NCBI GenBank assembly: GCA_963749495.1
Contig: CAVVMW010000012.1
Location: 160,001 to 224,000 of the forward strand
DNA length: 64,000 nucleotides
Direction of reading: 5' to 3'
Source: an uncultured bacterium
GTDB lineage: Bacteria; Verrucomicrobiota; Verrucomicrobiia; Limisphaerales; UBA8199
Position numbers and translations under genes: made by a program. How positions within the stretch are numbered: position 1 is the first letter of the stretch; each line of letters begins with the position of its first letter. The notes beneath the pieces are model-generated. The model saw only the letters and a program-made list of their open reading frames with translations, did not search any database and was not told the origin of the DNA. Shown here piece by piece: positions 44,720-54,538 of the stretch.

Positions 44720-45691
44720 GTGAGTCACTTGATCCACGCCCGCAGAGTGTTCGACCTTGAGGTGGCCGCGCTCAAGGCGGTGCGCGAGCAGCTCGATGAG
44801 GCCTTCGACCAGGCCGTCGAGCTGATTGTGAGCGTCCTGAGGCAGCGCGGCAAACTGGTGGTGGTGGGGGTCGGCAAGTCGGGCATTATCGGCCACAAGA
44901 TAGCCGCCACGCTGACCAGCACCGGTTCCACCAGCGTGGTGCTCCATAGCGTGGATGCCTTGCACGGGGACCTGGGGTTGGTCAGCGACGGCGACGTGAT
45001 CCTGGTGTTGAGCTATTCCGGGGAGTCGGGGGAGTTGCTGGACCTGATGCCGCCGCTCAAGCGGTTTCTGGTAAAGATCATCGCCATCACGGGGGCGCCC
45101 AAGTCGTCCCTGGCCCGGCTGAGCGACATCGTGCTCAAGGCGCGGGTGCCGCAGGAGGCCTGCCCGTTCAACCTGGCGCCGACCGCCAGCACCACGGCCA
45201 TGCTGGCCCTGGGCGACGCGCTGGCCATGGCGGTGCTGCAGGCCCGCGGGTTCCGCCGCCAGGACTTCGCCAGGTTCCATCCCTCCGGGGCCATCGGGCG
45301 GGCCCTGCTGGCGCGGGCGCGCGACATCATGCGCACCGGACCTCTCAACGCGGTGGCCCAACAGGACCTGCCAGTCAGGGAGGCCCTCCTGCTCATGACC
45401 CGGGCCAGGTCCGGCAGCCTAAGCGTTGTGGACAAATCCGGCAGGCTGGTGGGCGTGTTCACCGACGGGGACTTCCGCCGGCGGATGGCCGCGGAGGGGG
45501 ACTTCCTGGCCCAGCCGCTCAAGCACGTGATGACCCGTCACCCCGTTTGCACCCATGAAGACGCCCTGGCCGTCGAGGCCCTCAAGATCTTCAACGAGCA
45601 CAACATTGACGACCTCATCGTCGTCAATGCCAGGCAGGAGCCCGTAGGGCTGATCGACTCGCAGGACTTGCCCAAGCTCAAGATCATGTAG
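44720..45691 (+). CDS. kdsD: Arabinose-5-phosphate isomerase (KpsF/GutQ, SIS plus CBS)
   Basis: GVGKSG, HGDLG, SYSGE, EACPFNLAPTAST, HPSGAIG, TDGDFRR. Confidence 0.94.
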   Translation: MSHLIHARRVFDLEVAALKAVREQLDEAFDQAVELIVSVLRQRGKLVVVGVGKSGIIGHKIAATLTSTGSTSVVLHSVDALHGDLGLVSDGDVILVLSYSGESGELLDLMPPLKRFLVKIIAITGAPKSSLARLSDIVLKARVPQEACPFNLAPTASTTAMLALGDALAMAVLQARGFRRQDFARFHPSGAIGRALLARARDIMRTGPLNAVAQQDLPVREALLLMTRARSGSLSVVDKSGRLVGVFTDGDFRRRMAAEGDFLAQPLKHVMTRHPVCTHEDALAVEALKIFNEHNIDDLIVVNARQEPVGLIDSQDLPKLKIM

Positions 45692-45734
45692 ATCAGGGGC
45701 TCAAACCCGGAGGTAAAGCCCGCGAATGCCGCGC

Positions 45735-45762
45735 CGTCATTCGTCATTCGTCATTCGTCATT
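45735..45762. repeat. Heptamer tandem repeat (CGTCATT)x4
   Basis: Reverse orientation of the ATGACGA family. Confidence 0.9.
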
Positions 45763-45770
45763 CCCTTCGC

Positions 45771-46007
45771 CTACTGCTTCTCGTATTCGCCCTTGCCGAC
45801 GCGTTTGAGCACGGTGAAGCCGGCCTTTTTGGCGTCGGAAACCGAGAGGGACTTGGGTGAACTGAAGGTGGAAATGACCTTGCGGACCGGCCGTTTGCAG
45901 GCCGGGCATCGGGTCAAGGGAGGCGCCGAGAGTGGCCGGCGCAAGGTGAACTTGCCGCCGCAGACGGGGCAATCGCCGTCGCAAACTTCGTACTCGTAGA
46001 GGGGCAT
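45771..46007 (-). CDS. FmdB family zinc-ribbon protein
   Basis: MPLYEYE..CPVCG..CPAC. Confidence 0.85.
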   Translation of the reverse strand: MPLYEYEVCDGDCPVCGGKFTLRRPLSAPPLTRCPACKRPVRKVISTFSSPKSLSVSDAKKAGFTVLKRVGKGEYEKQ

Positions 46008-46150
46008 GATGCCAAGCTGTCGCTGTGCGGTTGTCGGACCTCGCGCCGCACCCATGCCGGCGAGGGCCTTCAACCTGGCAGGCAGATTACCAGGCCGCCC
46101 GCTGGCAGTCAAAACCTTGTTCTACACCCCATCCTCCACTACCTTACGGC

Positions 46151-47248
46151 GTGACCTGCGATGCCGCACTGGATGACTTGCTGGAAAAGGCCTGGGAGGG
46201 CAGGCGCCTCGACCAGGCCGAGGCGCTCCGGCTCTATGACCTGCCCTTGGAGGAGCTGGGGGCGCTGGCGGACCGGCGGCGCCAGCTTGCCAAGGCCGCC
46301 GCCTACGGCGGACGCGGCAACGAGATCGTCACTTACATCGTCAACCGCAACATCAACTACACCAACGTCTGCAACGTCTATTGCAAGTTCTGCGCCTTTT
46401 ACCGGACCGAGCGGGATGCCGAGGCCTACGTCATCACGTTCGAGGAGTTGGATCGGAAGATCCAGGAGACCGTTGCGCTGGGCGGCACGCAAATCCTGCT
46501 CCAAGGCGGCCATCACCCCAAGCTGACCAAGCAATGGTATCTGGACCTGCTCGGGCATATCAAAACCCGGTTTCCGCAGGTGAACATCCACGGCTTCAGC
46601 CCCAGCGAGTTCATCCATTTCCGCAAGGTATTCAACGAGCCGCTGGAGCGGATCATCGCCGATTTCCACGCCGCCGGCCTTGGCTCGGTGCCCGGCGGCG
46701 GGGGCGAGATCCTCGTGGACCGGGTCCGGCGCCAGGTCTCACCCCTCAAGGCGATGAGCGACGATTGGCTTGAGGTCATGAGCGTCGCCCATCGGCTCGG
46801 GTTGAACTCCTCCGCCACGATGATGTTCGGCCACGTCGAGACGGTGGCGGACCGGGTCGAGCACCTTGAACGCATTCGCGCGCAGCAGGACCTGACCCGC
46901 GGCTTCACCGCCTTCATTGGCTGGACCTTCCAGGCCGAGAACACGCGCCTGCGCGCCCCCACCGTGGGCGCCCACCAATACCTGCGCACCCAGGCCCTGG
47001 CCCGCATTTACCTGGACAATTTCCCCAACGTGCAGAGTTCCTGGGTCACCCAGGGCCAGGCCCTGGGCCAGGTGGCGTTGAAATTCGGCGCCAACGACCT
47101 CGGCAGCATCATGATCGAGGAGAACGTGGTCTCCCAGGCCGGCACCAGCTTCCGCATGACTGTGCCGGACATGCGCCGGCTCATCGCCGACCTGGGCTAC
47201 GAACCCCGCCAGCGCGACAACTGGTACCACCTGGTGGGGCAAGGCTGA
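46151..47248 (+). CDS. mqnC: Cyclic dehypoxanthinyl futalosine synthase (radical SAM)
   Basis: RNINYTNVCNVYCKFCAF, QILLQGG, PGGGGEIL, ATMMFGH, QSSWVTQG, EENVV. Confidence 0.93.
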   Translation: MTCDAALDDLLEKAWEGRRLDQAEALRLYDLPLEELGALADRRRQLAKAAAYGGRGNEIVTYIVNRNINYTNVCNVYCKFCAFYRTERDAEAYVITFEELDRKIQETVALGGTQILLQGGHHPKLTKQWYLDLLGHIKTRFPQVNIHGFSPSEFIHFRKVFNEPLERIIADFHAAGLGSVPGGGGEILVDRVRRQVSPLKAMSDDWLEVMSVAHRLGLNSSATMMFGHVETVADRVEHLERIRAQQDLTRGFTAFIGWTFQAENTRLRAPTVGAHQYLRTQALARIYLDNFPNVQSSWVTQGQALGQVALKFGANDLGSIMIEENVVSQAGTSFRMTVPDMRRLIADLGYEPRQRDNWYHLVGQG

Positions 47249-47289
47249 AGGCTAAAGGCTGAAGGCTAAAGGACGCAGGGCGGGCGTCG

Positions 47290-47560
47290 GGAACCGGATT
47301 GTTGTTGCTATCCACGACAGGAAAATATGGCTGGCGAGAGAGCAGTTGGACATTGACCAGGTGGAAGTGGATGGGGTGGGGGTCCCCCGTCAGGTTCCCA
47401 AAGCGCCAGATTTCGATCGTGCCGGCCTTGACTTGTTCGGTGACCGGGCTGGCCATGCCGGGCATGCTCATATAGGGCCGGCCCCAGCAGGGCACGCCCT
47501 GGTTGTCTTTGGAGAAGACAACGTTGGTGCCGAGGCGGCCCAGTTGCTCGAGCGCGCGCG
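47290..47560 (-). pseudogene. Fragment of a CotA/bilirubin-oxidase-like multicopper oxidase
   Basis: GTIEIWRFGNLTGDPHPIHFHLVNVQLLSRQ copper motif with no N terminus and no HCH motif. Confidence 0.75.
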
Positions 47561-47747
47561 GGTCGCAGACCTGATGGAGCCCGTGCCCCAACCTCTGCTC
47601 AAAGGACGCAAGGGACATTAGGGACCCCGGCGCGGGTTTTGGCTCCTGCGCAGCCTTGGTTTGCTCCCGTTTTGCTGTTGCTTTGAGCTTTGCTTTTGGG
47701 CGGGGTTGGCGTAGATATTCATCCCCGCGTTTATGCGGGCGTTTTTT

Positions 47748-49338
47748 ATGAAACCCGAAGTCGAGATCTACGACACGACCCTGCGCGATGGGAGCCAGGG
47801 CGAAGGCATCAATTTCTCGGTGATGGACAAACTGCGGATTGCCGAGAGGCTCGATGCATTCGGGATTCAATATGTCGAAGGGGGCTGGCCGGGGTCCAAT
47901 CCCAAGGACATCGAGTTCTTTGCCGAGGCCAAACGAAGGCGGTTCCGGCACGCCCGGCTGGCGGCGTTCGGCTCGACGCGCCGCAAGGGGGTGCCGGTCG
48001 AGAGCGACGCGCAGGTCCGCCTGCTGCTGGAGGCCCAGACTCCGGTGGTCACGATTTACGGCAAGAGTTGGCTGCTCCATGTGAAGGAGGTCCTGCACGC
48101 AACGCCGGACGAGAACCTGGCTATGATCGGCGACACGGTCCGTTTTCTCAAGGACCACGCCCGCATGGTCATCTACGACGCCGAACACTGTTTCGACGGT
48201 TACAAGCAGGACGCGGAGTACACGCTGGCGACGTTGCAGGCGGCGGAAAAGGCGGGGGCGGACCTGGTGGTGTTGTGCGACACCAACGGGGGCACGCTCC
48301 CGTGCGACATTGGGCGGGTGACCGCCACTGCCTGCCGGCGCCTCAACGTGCGCGTGGGCATCCACCCGCACAACGACATTGGCTTGGGCGTGGCCAATGG
48401 CCTGGCGGCCCTCGAGGCGGGGGCGGTGCACGTGCAGGGCACCATCAACGGCTACGGCGAGCGCACCGGCAACTGCAACCTGACCAGCCTCATCCCGGCG
48501 GTCGCGCTCAAGATGAAGAAGCGCTGCGTGCCCCAATCCTCGCTGGCCAAGCTGAGGGAGTCTGTCGCTCTTCGTGGACGAAATCGCCAACATCCGGCAT
48601 GACCCGCGCCAGCCGTGGGTGGGCGAGGCCGCCTTTGCCCACAAGGGCGGCACCCATGTCAACGCCGTCCAGAAACTGGTGCGCAGCTACGAGCACATCG
48701 ACCCGGCCCGCATCGGCAACGCCCGGCGCGTGCTCGTGAGCGACCTGGCCGGGCGCAGCAATATCGTGATGAAGGCCCGCGAACTGGGCTTCAGCATCGA
48801 CAACGACACGCCCGAGCTCAAGGAGATCCTCGCCCGCATCAAGCAACTCGAACACGAGGGGTTCGAGTTCGAGGCGGCCGAGGGGTCTTTGGCCCTGCTC
48901 ATCCGCAAGATCCTCAAGCATGAAAAGCCCCCGTTCACCATCGAAGGCTATCATGTCTCGATCCGGCGCGACCGCATGAGGCTGCAGGGGTCCGACCAGC
49001 ACCCGCCTGTCTTCGTGTGCCAGGCGAGCGTCAAGGTGACGGTGGACGGCGTGGTCGAGCACACGATCGCCGAGGGCGACGGCCCGGTCAACGCCCTCGA
49101 CCAGGCCCTGCGCGCCGCGCTGGTCAAGTTCTTCCCCCAACTCCGCCGGGTGCGCCTGGCCGATTACAAGGTCCGCATCCTTAACACAACCGCCGGCACC
49201 GAAGCCCGCACACGCGTCCTCATCGAGTCCACCGACGGCAAAGACGAGTGGAGCACCGTGGGCGTCCACGACAACATCATCGAGGCCAGCCTCCAGGCAT
49301 TGTCTGATAGTCTGGAGTACCGCCTGCTGCAGAAATGA
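47748..49338 (+). CDS. cimA: Citramalate synthase, frameshifted near 48560
   Basis: YDTTLRDGSQGE, EGGWPGSNPKD, LCDTNGG, GERTGN; continues AFAHKGG, EGDGPVNALD, DYKVRI. Confidence 0.92.
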
Positions 49339-49476
49339 CGCTCAACCACCGATGAACACAGCGGAACACCGATTGGCCGACGCTTAGCCCATCGGAATGC
49401 GAAATAGGTTTTGCCTGGCAGCGCGAGGTTTGAGAGACTGAACCCGTCGGAAGAACAGCAAAACAGGCGATGGCCT

Positions 49477-50358
49477 ATGTCTATCAACGTCAGCTTCATC
49501 AACATGAAAGGCGGCGTCGGCAAAACGACGCTGGCGACGCAGGCCGCCCTCAGCGCCCAGGCTGCGGGTCTCAGGGTCCTTGCTGTGGACCTTGATCCGC
49601 AGTCCAATCTCAGCCAGGCGCTGCTGAACCGCGAGCTTTACGTGGAGATGGTCAAACAGAATCGAGGGACGGTTGTCCAGCTATTCGAAGGGTACGCCCC
49701 CGCCACGCCTGACAAGCCCAGTCCGAGCGCCCCGTGCATCGACGAGGTGATCATGAAGTCAAAGAGCGGCCGCCGTCCGGATTTAATCCCCTCGCGGCTG
49801 GAATTGTGCCAGACGCTTCGAAGTCCTGGCGGGAAGGACAGGCGCCTTGCCGAGGCGCTTGCCACGGTGTTGACCCACTATAACATCGTCATGATAGACT
49901 GCGCCCCGGCAGATTCCATGCTGACCGATGCCGCGTATTTCGCCAGTTGATATGTGATCGTTCCTGTCAAGCCGGAGTTCCTGGCCGCCATCGGTGTCCC
50001 CTTGCTCGCACGTTCTCTGAAGGCGTTCAAGGAGAGGTTCGGCGACCACACGATCGAAATAGCGGGGATTGTTTTTGTGCATCTCGAGGGTCACTCTCCC
50101 GGCCCGGAAAGCAAGACGTTGATGGCCGAGGTCACCCGGGTTGCGAAGGACGAGGGGTGGAGGATCTTCTCCCACGAGATCCCCTTTTCGAGGGTTTACG
50201 CGAAGGCCGCACGGGAGGGCCAGCCGTTGGAATGGACCAGTCGAGCGTACCAGTCGCCGAAGGCAATAAAGGCCTTCAACGGCTTCATGAACGAGTTGTT
50301 CGGTGTACTGGGGATTGAGAAGAAATTGCCCGAGGCAGGGATGAGAGAGTACGTTTAG
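49477..50358 (+). pseudogene. ParA family ATPase interrupted by an in-frame TGA (49948-49950)
   Basis: NMKGGVGKTT, VDLDPQSN, IDCAP, AYFAS*YVIVPVKPE in the same frame. Confidence 0.85.
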
Positions 50359-50378
50359 GCGGAAATGGAGTCCACGAT

Positions 50379-50858
50379 ATGCCAAGCGATGTGGTGACAT
50401 TGGAGGTTCGGTCCTTGCTGGCCCGCCACGGTTTACACGCCGTAGTGGAGGCCATCGCCAGAGTACGGAAGGAGGCGCCAGAGGCAGTCGGGACCGAAGT
50501 GCCGCCTCTCAGCAAGGCGGATGCGGAGCGGAAACAGGGGACAAAGAGGACTCCGGAGAGGCTGTTGGCGCAGCTTCAAAACCAGAACCCTGAGCAAGCG
50601 CGGTTGATAAGGGAATTGGTCCAGCTCTATGACGAGGGGCGTTTCTTGCCCAATCTTAGCATCGCCCAGGACTTTGTGGCGCGCCGCACGGGTCAACGCG
50701 CCAAGTTCAAGAGCCGGAAGGCTGCGCTTCCCGCCCTGCTCCGCGTGATTGCAGCCATTCCTCCCGAGGAGTTGCGCGGGGTTCGCGACGAATGGACATT
50801 CAATCGAACCTCGGGCGACTACGAACTGCTGGCCCGAGCGATTATGGGCACCAAGTGA
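50379..50858 (+). CDS. Hypothetical protein downstream of the ParA-like gene
   Basis: 159 aa ORF with GGAG upstream. Confidence 0.7.
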   Translation: MPSDVVTLEVRSLLARHGLHAVVEAIARVRKEAPEAVGTEVPPLSKADAERKQGTKRTPERLLAQLQNQNPEQARLIRELVQLYDEGRFLPNLSIAQDFVARRTGQRAKFKSRKAALPALLRVIAAIPPEELRGVRDEWTFNRTSGDYELLARAIMGTK

Positions 50859-50957
50859 TCCCAACGCCAAGCTGAGCGGGGATACGCCCCACATTCCTGC
50901 TGATTACCCCGTCCTAGACAAGGCCCCGCCCATGCTGTCTGCTGAAAGCGGATTTCT

Positions 50958-53900
50958 ATGCCAACCGAGATAAGCAAGGCCTACGAACCGCAGTCGGTCG
51001 AAGAAAAGTGGTATGACTTCTGGCTGAAGCAGAACTGCTTCACAGCCGATCCCGGCTCGCCCAAGCCGGCTTACTCGATCGTGATTCCCCCGCCCAATGT
51101 GACCGGGGTGCTGCACATGGGCCATGTCCTGAACAACACCATCCAGGACATCCTGGCCCGCAAGGCCCGCATGGACGGCCAGGAGGTCCTCTGGCTGCCC
51201 GGCACCGACCACGCCGGCATCGCCACCCAGGCGGTCGTCGAGAAGGCGCTGCGCAAGCAGGGACTGATGCGGCACCGGGACGACCTGGGGCGCGAGAAAT
51301 TCCTCGAGCACGTCTGGGCCTGGAAGGAAAAGCACGGCGGCATCATCATCCAGCAGCTCAAGAAGCTGGGCTGCTCGTGCGACTGGACCCGCGAGCGGTT
51401 CACCATGGACCCGGCTTACTCGCGCTGCGTGCAGAGGGTCTTCGTCGAGCTTTACAGAAAGGGCCTGATCTATCGCGGCAAGCGGATGGTCAACTGGGAC
51501 CCGGCCGCCCGCACCGCCCTCTCGGATGAAGAGGTCGAGATGGTCGAGGAAAAGGGCCATCTCTGGTACTTGAAATACCCGCTCCTGGATGACAAAGGCC
51601 AGCCCAAGGGGGATGAATTCGTGGTCGTGGCCACTACGCGCCCCGAGACCATGCTGGGTGACGAGGCAGTGGCGGTGAACCCGGCCGACCCGCGCTTTAC
51701 GCACCTGGCCGGGCGCCGCTGCCTGCTCCCGCTTCAGAACAAAGCTATCCCGGTGATTGCGGACGATTTCGTGGACCCGAAATTCGGCACCGGGTGCGTG
51801 AAAGTCACCCCCGCCCATGACCCGAACGACTACGCCATGGCCGAGCGGCACGACCTGCCGTTGACGGTTGTGATCGGTCCCGATGGCGCCATGACTCCGG
51901 AGGCGGGCGAGGATTTCAACGGCCTGGACCGGATGGAGGCGCGGCAGGCGGTGATCGAGGAGTTGACCGAGCAAGGGCTCTTGCTCAAGACCGAGGACTA
52001 CGTCCACAACGTGGGCTACAGCCAGCGCAGCCACGTGCCCGTCGAGCCGTACCTAAGCGAGCAGTGGTTTTTGGAATACCCGAGCGTCGAGCAGGCCACA
52101 GCAAGTGTCGAACTCGGGAGCCGGGAGTGCAAGATGGCGGAGGTGGCCACAGTGATCGGGGACGCTGCGGTGCTCGGCGGTGAATCTCCGGTGGCGCATC
52201 TCCCGGAGGAGAAGTTGGGCATCCGGCCTGCACCGAGCACCGCCGCGAACATCACCGACGTGCCTGCGGATGTCAACCCTGCAAGCCGCGGCATCCGGTT
52301 CCATCCCGACCGCTGGGCCAAAACCTACGCGCACTGGATGGAGAACCTGAGGGATTGGTGCATCAGCCGGCAGCTCTGGTGGGGGCACCGCGTGCCGGTC
52401 TGGTACAATCAAGCAGGGTGGCACGCTCTCGAAAAGCCGATCCAGATGGCCCGAGTCACTGGTGATGAACTGCCGGGTCGCACGGCTCGGGAGTTGCGCC
52501 AAGCCGCCTGGCGGCTGGCCGAGCAAAGCGGATTTCTCCGTCAGCGATTCAGGAACCTCGATACCGGATGGGACATCTACGTCAACCGCCGCAGCCTCGA
52601 GCACGCGTTCGCTAACGAGGGGCTCGCCAATATTAAACTCATTCCTGCGCTGCCTCAACTTCTTCAGCAAGCCGCGCTCATTGCCACCGAGCCTCATGTG
52701 CCTCCAATTCCACAGGTTCGCCTCGTCCATAAATTCCTGGCGGGGCTTCAGTTAGGCACGAGACTTTACCGCGTAAAGCTCACGGTCAAGGAACTGCGGG
52801 ATGGGAGGAAACTCTACGACCACCAAGCCTTGCTAATATGCGAGGCCGACGGTAAATCTCCGGGAACGCATCCCCTTGCGAGGAAGTTGGTAACCCGGCC
52901 TACATCGGCCTCACACGTAACTTTGGCGCAAATCGCAGGTGATGTCAATACCGATCAGACCTTTACTCGCTGCCAGATCGAATCCCCTGGAGGGGGTTGG
53001 AGTCAAGACCCCGATGTCCTGGACACCTGGTTCAGCTCCTGGCTCTGGCCCTTTGCCACGATGGGCTGGCCGGAGCAGACCGAGACGCTTCGGAAATTCT
53101 ATCCCACGACCGACCTGGTGACGGCCCCGGACATCATCTTTTTCTGGGTGGCGCGGATGATCATGGCGGGCTGCGAGTTCATGGGGGATTTGCCGTTCCG
53201 CAACGTCTATTTCACCGGCATCATCCGGGACAAGCTCGGGCGCAAGATGAGCAAGAGCCTGGGCAATTCGCCCGACCCGCTCGAACTCATCGCCCAGTAC
53301 GGGGCCGACGCCCTGCGCTTCGGCACGATGCGCAGCGCGCCCCTGGGCCAGGACGTGCTCTTCGATGAGAAGGACGTTGAGCTGGGCCGCAATTTCTGCA
53401 ACAAGCTCTGGAATGCCTGCCGCTTCCGCCAGATGCAGGGCGGCCAGGTCCAGGGCGAAATCGCGCCGGCCCTGCTCTCCGGCGACGACAAATGGATTCT
53501 GCTCAAGCTCGACCAGGCCATCCGCGAGATCACCGATGCCTTCGCCGGATACCGGTTCAACGAGGCCACCCATACGCTCTACCGCTTCTTCTGGAGCGAG
53601 TATTGCGACTGGTACGTCGAGGCCAGCAAGGCCATCCTCGCCCGGCCGGCCGGCGCCGCCGGCCCCCAGCCGGCCGGACCAGGTGCCCCCTCCACGCCCC
53701 GGCGGGCCAACACGCTGGCCGTCCTGGACTTTGTCCTCTCGCACACCCTGCGCCTGCTGCACCCGTTCCTGCCCTTCATCACCGAGGAACTCTGGCACGG
53801 GATGGGCTTTCACGAGGAAATGCCCGACAACCAGGGCGGGCGGACCATCATGAACGCCCCCTGGCCCAAGCCGCTCGATGAGGATTTCCGCGCGCACTAC

Positions 53901-54380
53901 GGCCTGGACGAGGCCTGCCTGGCGGCCGTCAACCTCAAGTACCAGCTGGTGACCCAGGGCCGCAACCTGCGCCGCGAGGCCAATCTCCCGGCCGGCAAGA
54001 AGGTCAAATTCGTCTTCAAACCGGCGCAACCCCTCGCGCCGCAAGAGGCGGACGTGCTGAGGCTGCTGCTCAATGCCGCAGTCCTTGAAATCAACCCGGC
54101 GTATCAGCCGCCCAAGGGCACGCCCACCGTCCATTCGGACCTCGGCGACCTCTACCTGCCGCTCGAAGGGCAGGTTGATACGTCCGCCGAACAGGCCCGC
54201 CTCGCCAAGGAACTCGAAAAGTGCGAGGCCGAAATCACCAAAGCCGAGCAGAAGCTCAACAATCCGCACTTCACCGCCAAGGCCCCGGCGCACGTCCTGC
54301 AGGAACATCGCCAGCGCCTGGCCGACTGGCAGGCCAAGCGGGAGCGAGTAAAGGCCGCGCTGGAGGCACTGCGGCGGTAA
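50958..54380 (+). CDS. valS: Valine--tRNA ligase carrying two in-frame insertions
   Basis: PPPNVTGVLHMGH, DHAGIATQ, TTRPET, DWCISRQLWWGH, DVLDTWFSS, KMSKS; 1140 aa versus roughly 880-950 typical. Confidence 0.98.
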   Translation: MPTEISKAYEPQSVEEKWYDFWLKQNCFTADPGSPKPAYSIVIPPPNVTGVLHMGHVLNNTIQDILARKARMDGQEVLWLPGTDHAGIATQAVVEKALRKQGLMRHRDDLGREKFLEHVWAWKEKHGGIIIQQLKKLGCSCDWTRERFTMDPAYSRCVQRVFVELYRKGLIYRGKRMVNWDPAARTALSDEEVEMVEEKGHLWYLKYPLLDDKGQPKGDEFVVVATTRPETMLGDEAVAVNPADPRFTHLAGRRCLLPLQNKAIPVIADDFVDPKFGTGCVKVTPAHDPNDYAMAERHDLPLTVVIGPDGAMTPEAGEDFNGLDRMEARQAVIEELTEQGLLLKTEDYVHNVGYSQRSHVPVEPYLSEQWFLEYPSVEQATASVELGSRECKMAEVATVIGDAAVLGGESPVAHLPEEKLGIRPAPSTAANITDVPADVNPASRGIRFHPDRWAKTYAHWMENLRDWCISRQLWWGHRVPVWYNQAGWHALEKPIQMARVTGDELPGRTARELRQAAWRLAEQSGFLRQRFRNLDTGWDIYVNRRSLEHAFANEGLANIKLIPALPQLLQQAALIATEPHVPPIPQVRLVHKFLAGLQLGTRLYRVKLTVKELRDGRKLYDHQALLICEADGKSPGTHPLARKLVTRPTSASHVTLAQIAGDVNTDQTFTRCQIESPGGGWSQDPDVLDTWFSSWLWPFATMGWPEQTETLRKFYPTTDLVTAPDIIFFWVARMIMAGCEFMGDLPFRNVYFTGIIRDKLGRKMSKSLGNSPDPLELIAQYGADALRFGTMRSAPLGQDVLFDEKDVELGRNFCNKLWNACRFRQMQGGQVQGEIAPALLSGDDKWILLKLDQAIREITDAFAGYRFNEATHTLYRFFWSEYCDWYVEASKAILARPAGAAGPQPAGPGAPSTPRRANTLAVLDFVLSHTLRLLHPFLPFITEELWHGMGFHEEMPDNQGGRTIMNAPWPKPLDEDFRAHYGLDEACLAAVNLKYQLVTQGRNLRREANLPAGKKVKFVFKPAQPLAPQEADVLRLLLNAAVLEINPAYQPPKGTPTVHSDLGDLYLPLEGQVDTSAEQARLAKELEKCEAEITKAEQKLNNPHFTAKAPAHVLQEHRQRLADWQAKRERVKAALEALRR
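52167..52243 (-). ncRNA. Candidate antisense structured RNA, copy 1 (in valS insertion 1)
   Basis: 11-bp outer stem, CCGG stem, inner UCUCC-UCCG-GGAGA hairpin; TTGACA at 52276-52271. Confidence 0.6.
52407..52960 (+). other. In-frame insertion in ValRS encoding an LPD3-like (predicted BECR-fold nuclease) domain
   Basis: NLDTGWDIYV..SLEH..VHKF..VKLTVKELRDGRKLYDH between WGHRVPVWY and RCQIESPG..QDPDVLDTW; atypical codon usage. Confidence 0.75.
52842..52912 (-). ncRNA. Candidate antisense structured RNA, copy 2 (end of the LPD3-like insertion)
   Basis: 8-bp outer stem, CCGGG/CCCGG stem, inner UCCUC-GCAA-GGGGA hairpin; TTGACA-17 nt-CAAAGT at 52948-52920. Confidence 0.65.
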
Positions 54381-54538
54381 GGCGGTGCAAATAAATAAAG
54401 GTAGCAACCTGCCTTGTTCTTTTGCCGCCCAGCTTCGTTGTTCACTCGTTGCAGATCACTGGATATGCGCCTCGTTCACGCCTCGCTGGGCGCCAAAATC
54501 CCGGCGGCATCTTGCCACCTTTATTTATTTCCACCGCC
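54381..54538. mobile_element. 158-bp MITE with terminal inverted repeats and TAA flanks
   Basis: GGCGGTGCAAATAAATAAAGGTAGCAA / TTGCCACCTTTATTTATTTCCACCGCC (2 mismatches); TAA on both sides. Confidence 0.85.

Noticed and set aside
49948..49950. Selenocysteine codon in ParA
   Set aside because: Not a Cys-type position and no evident SECIS hairpin; a point mutation or base error is simpler.
52407..52960. Intein or self-splicing intron in valS
   Set aside because: No intein-type N-terminal block or His-Asn end, no LAGLIDADG/HNH motifs, no intron consensus; the frame is simply open.
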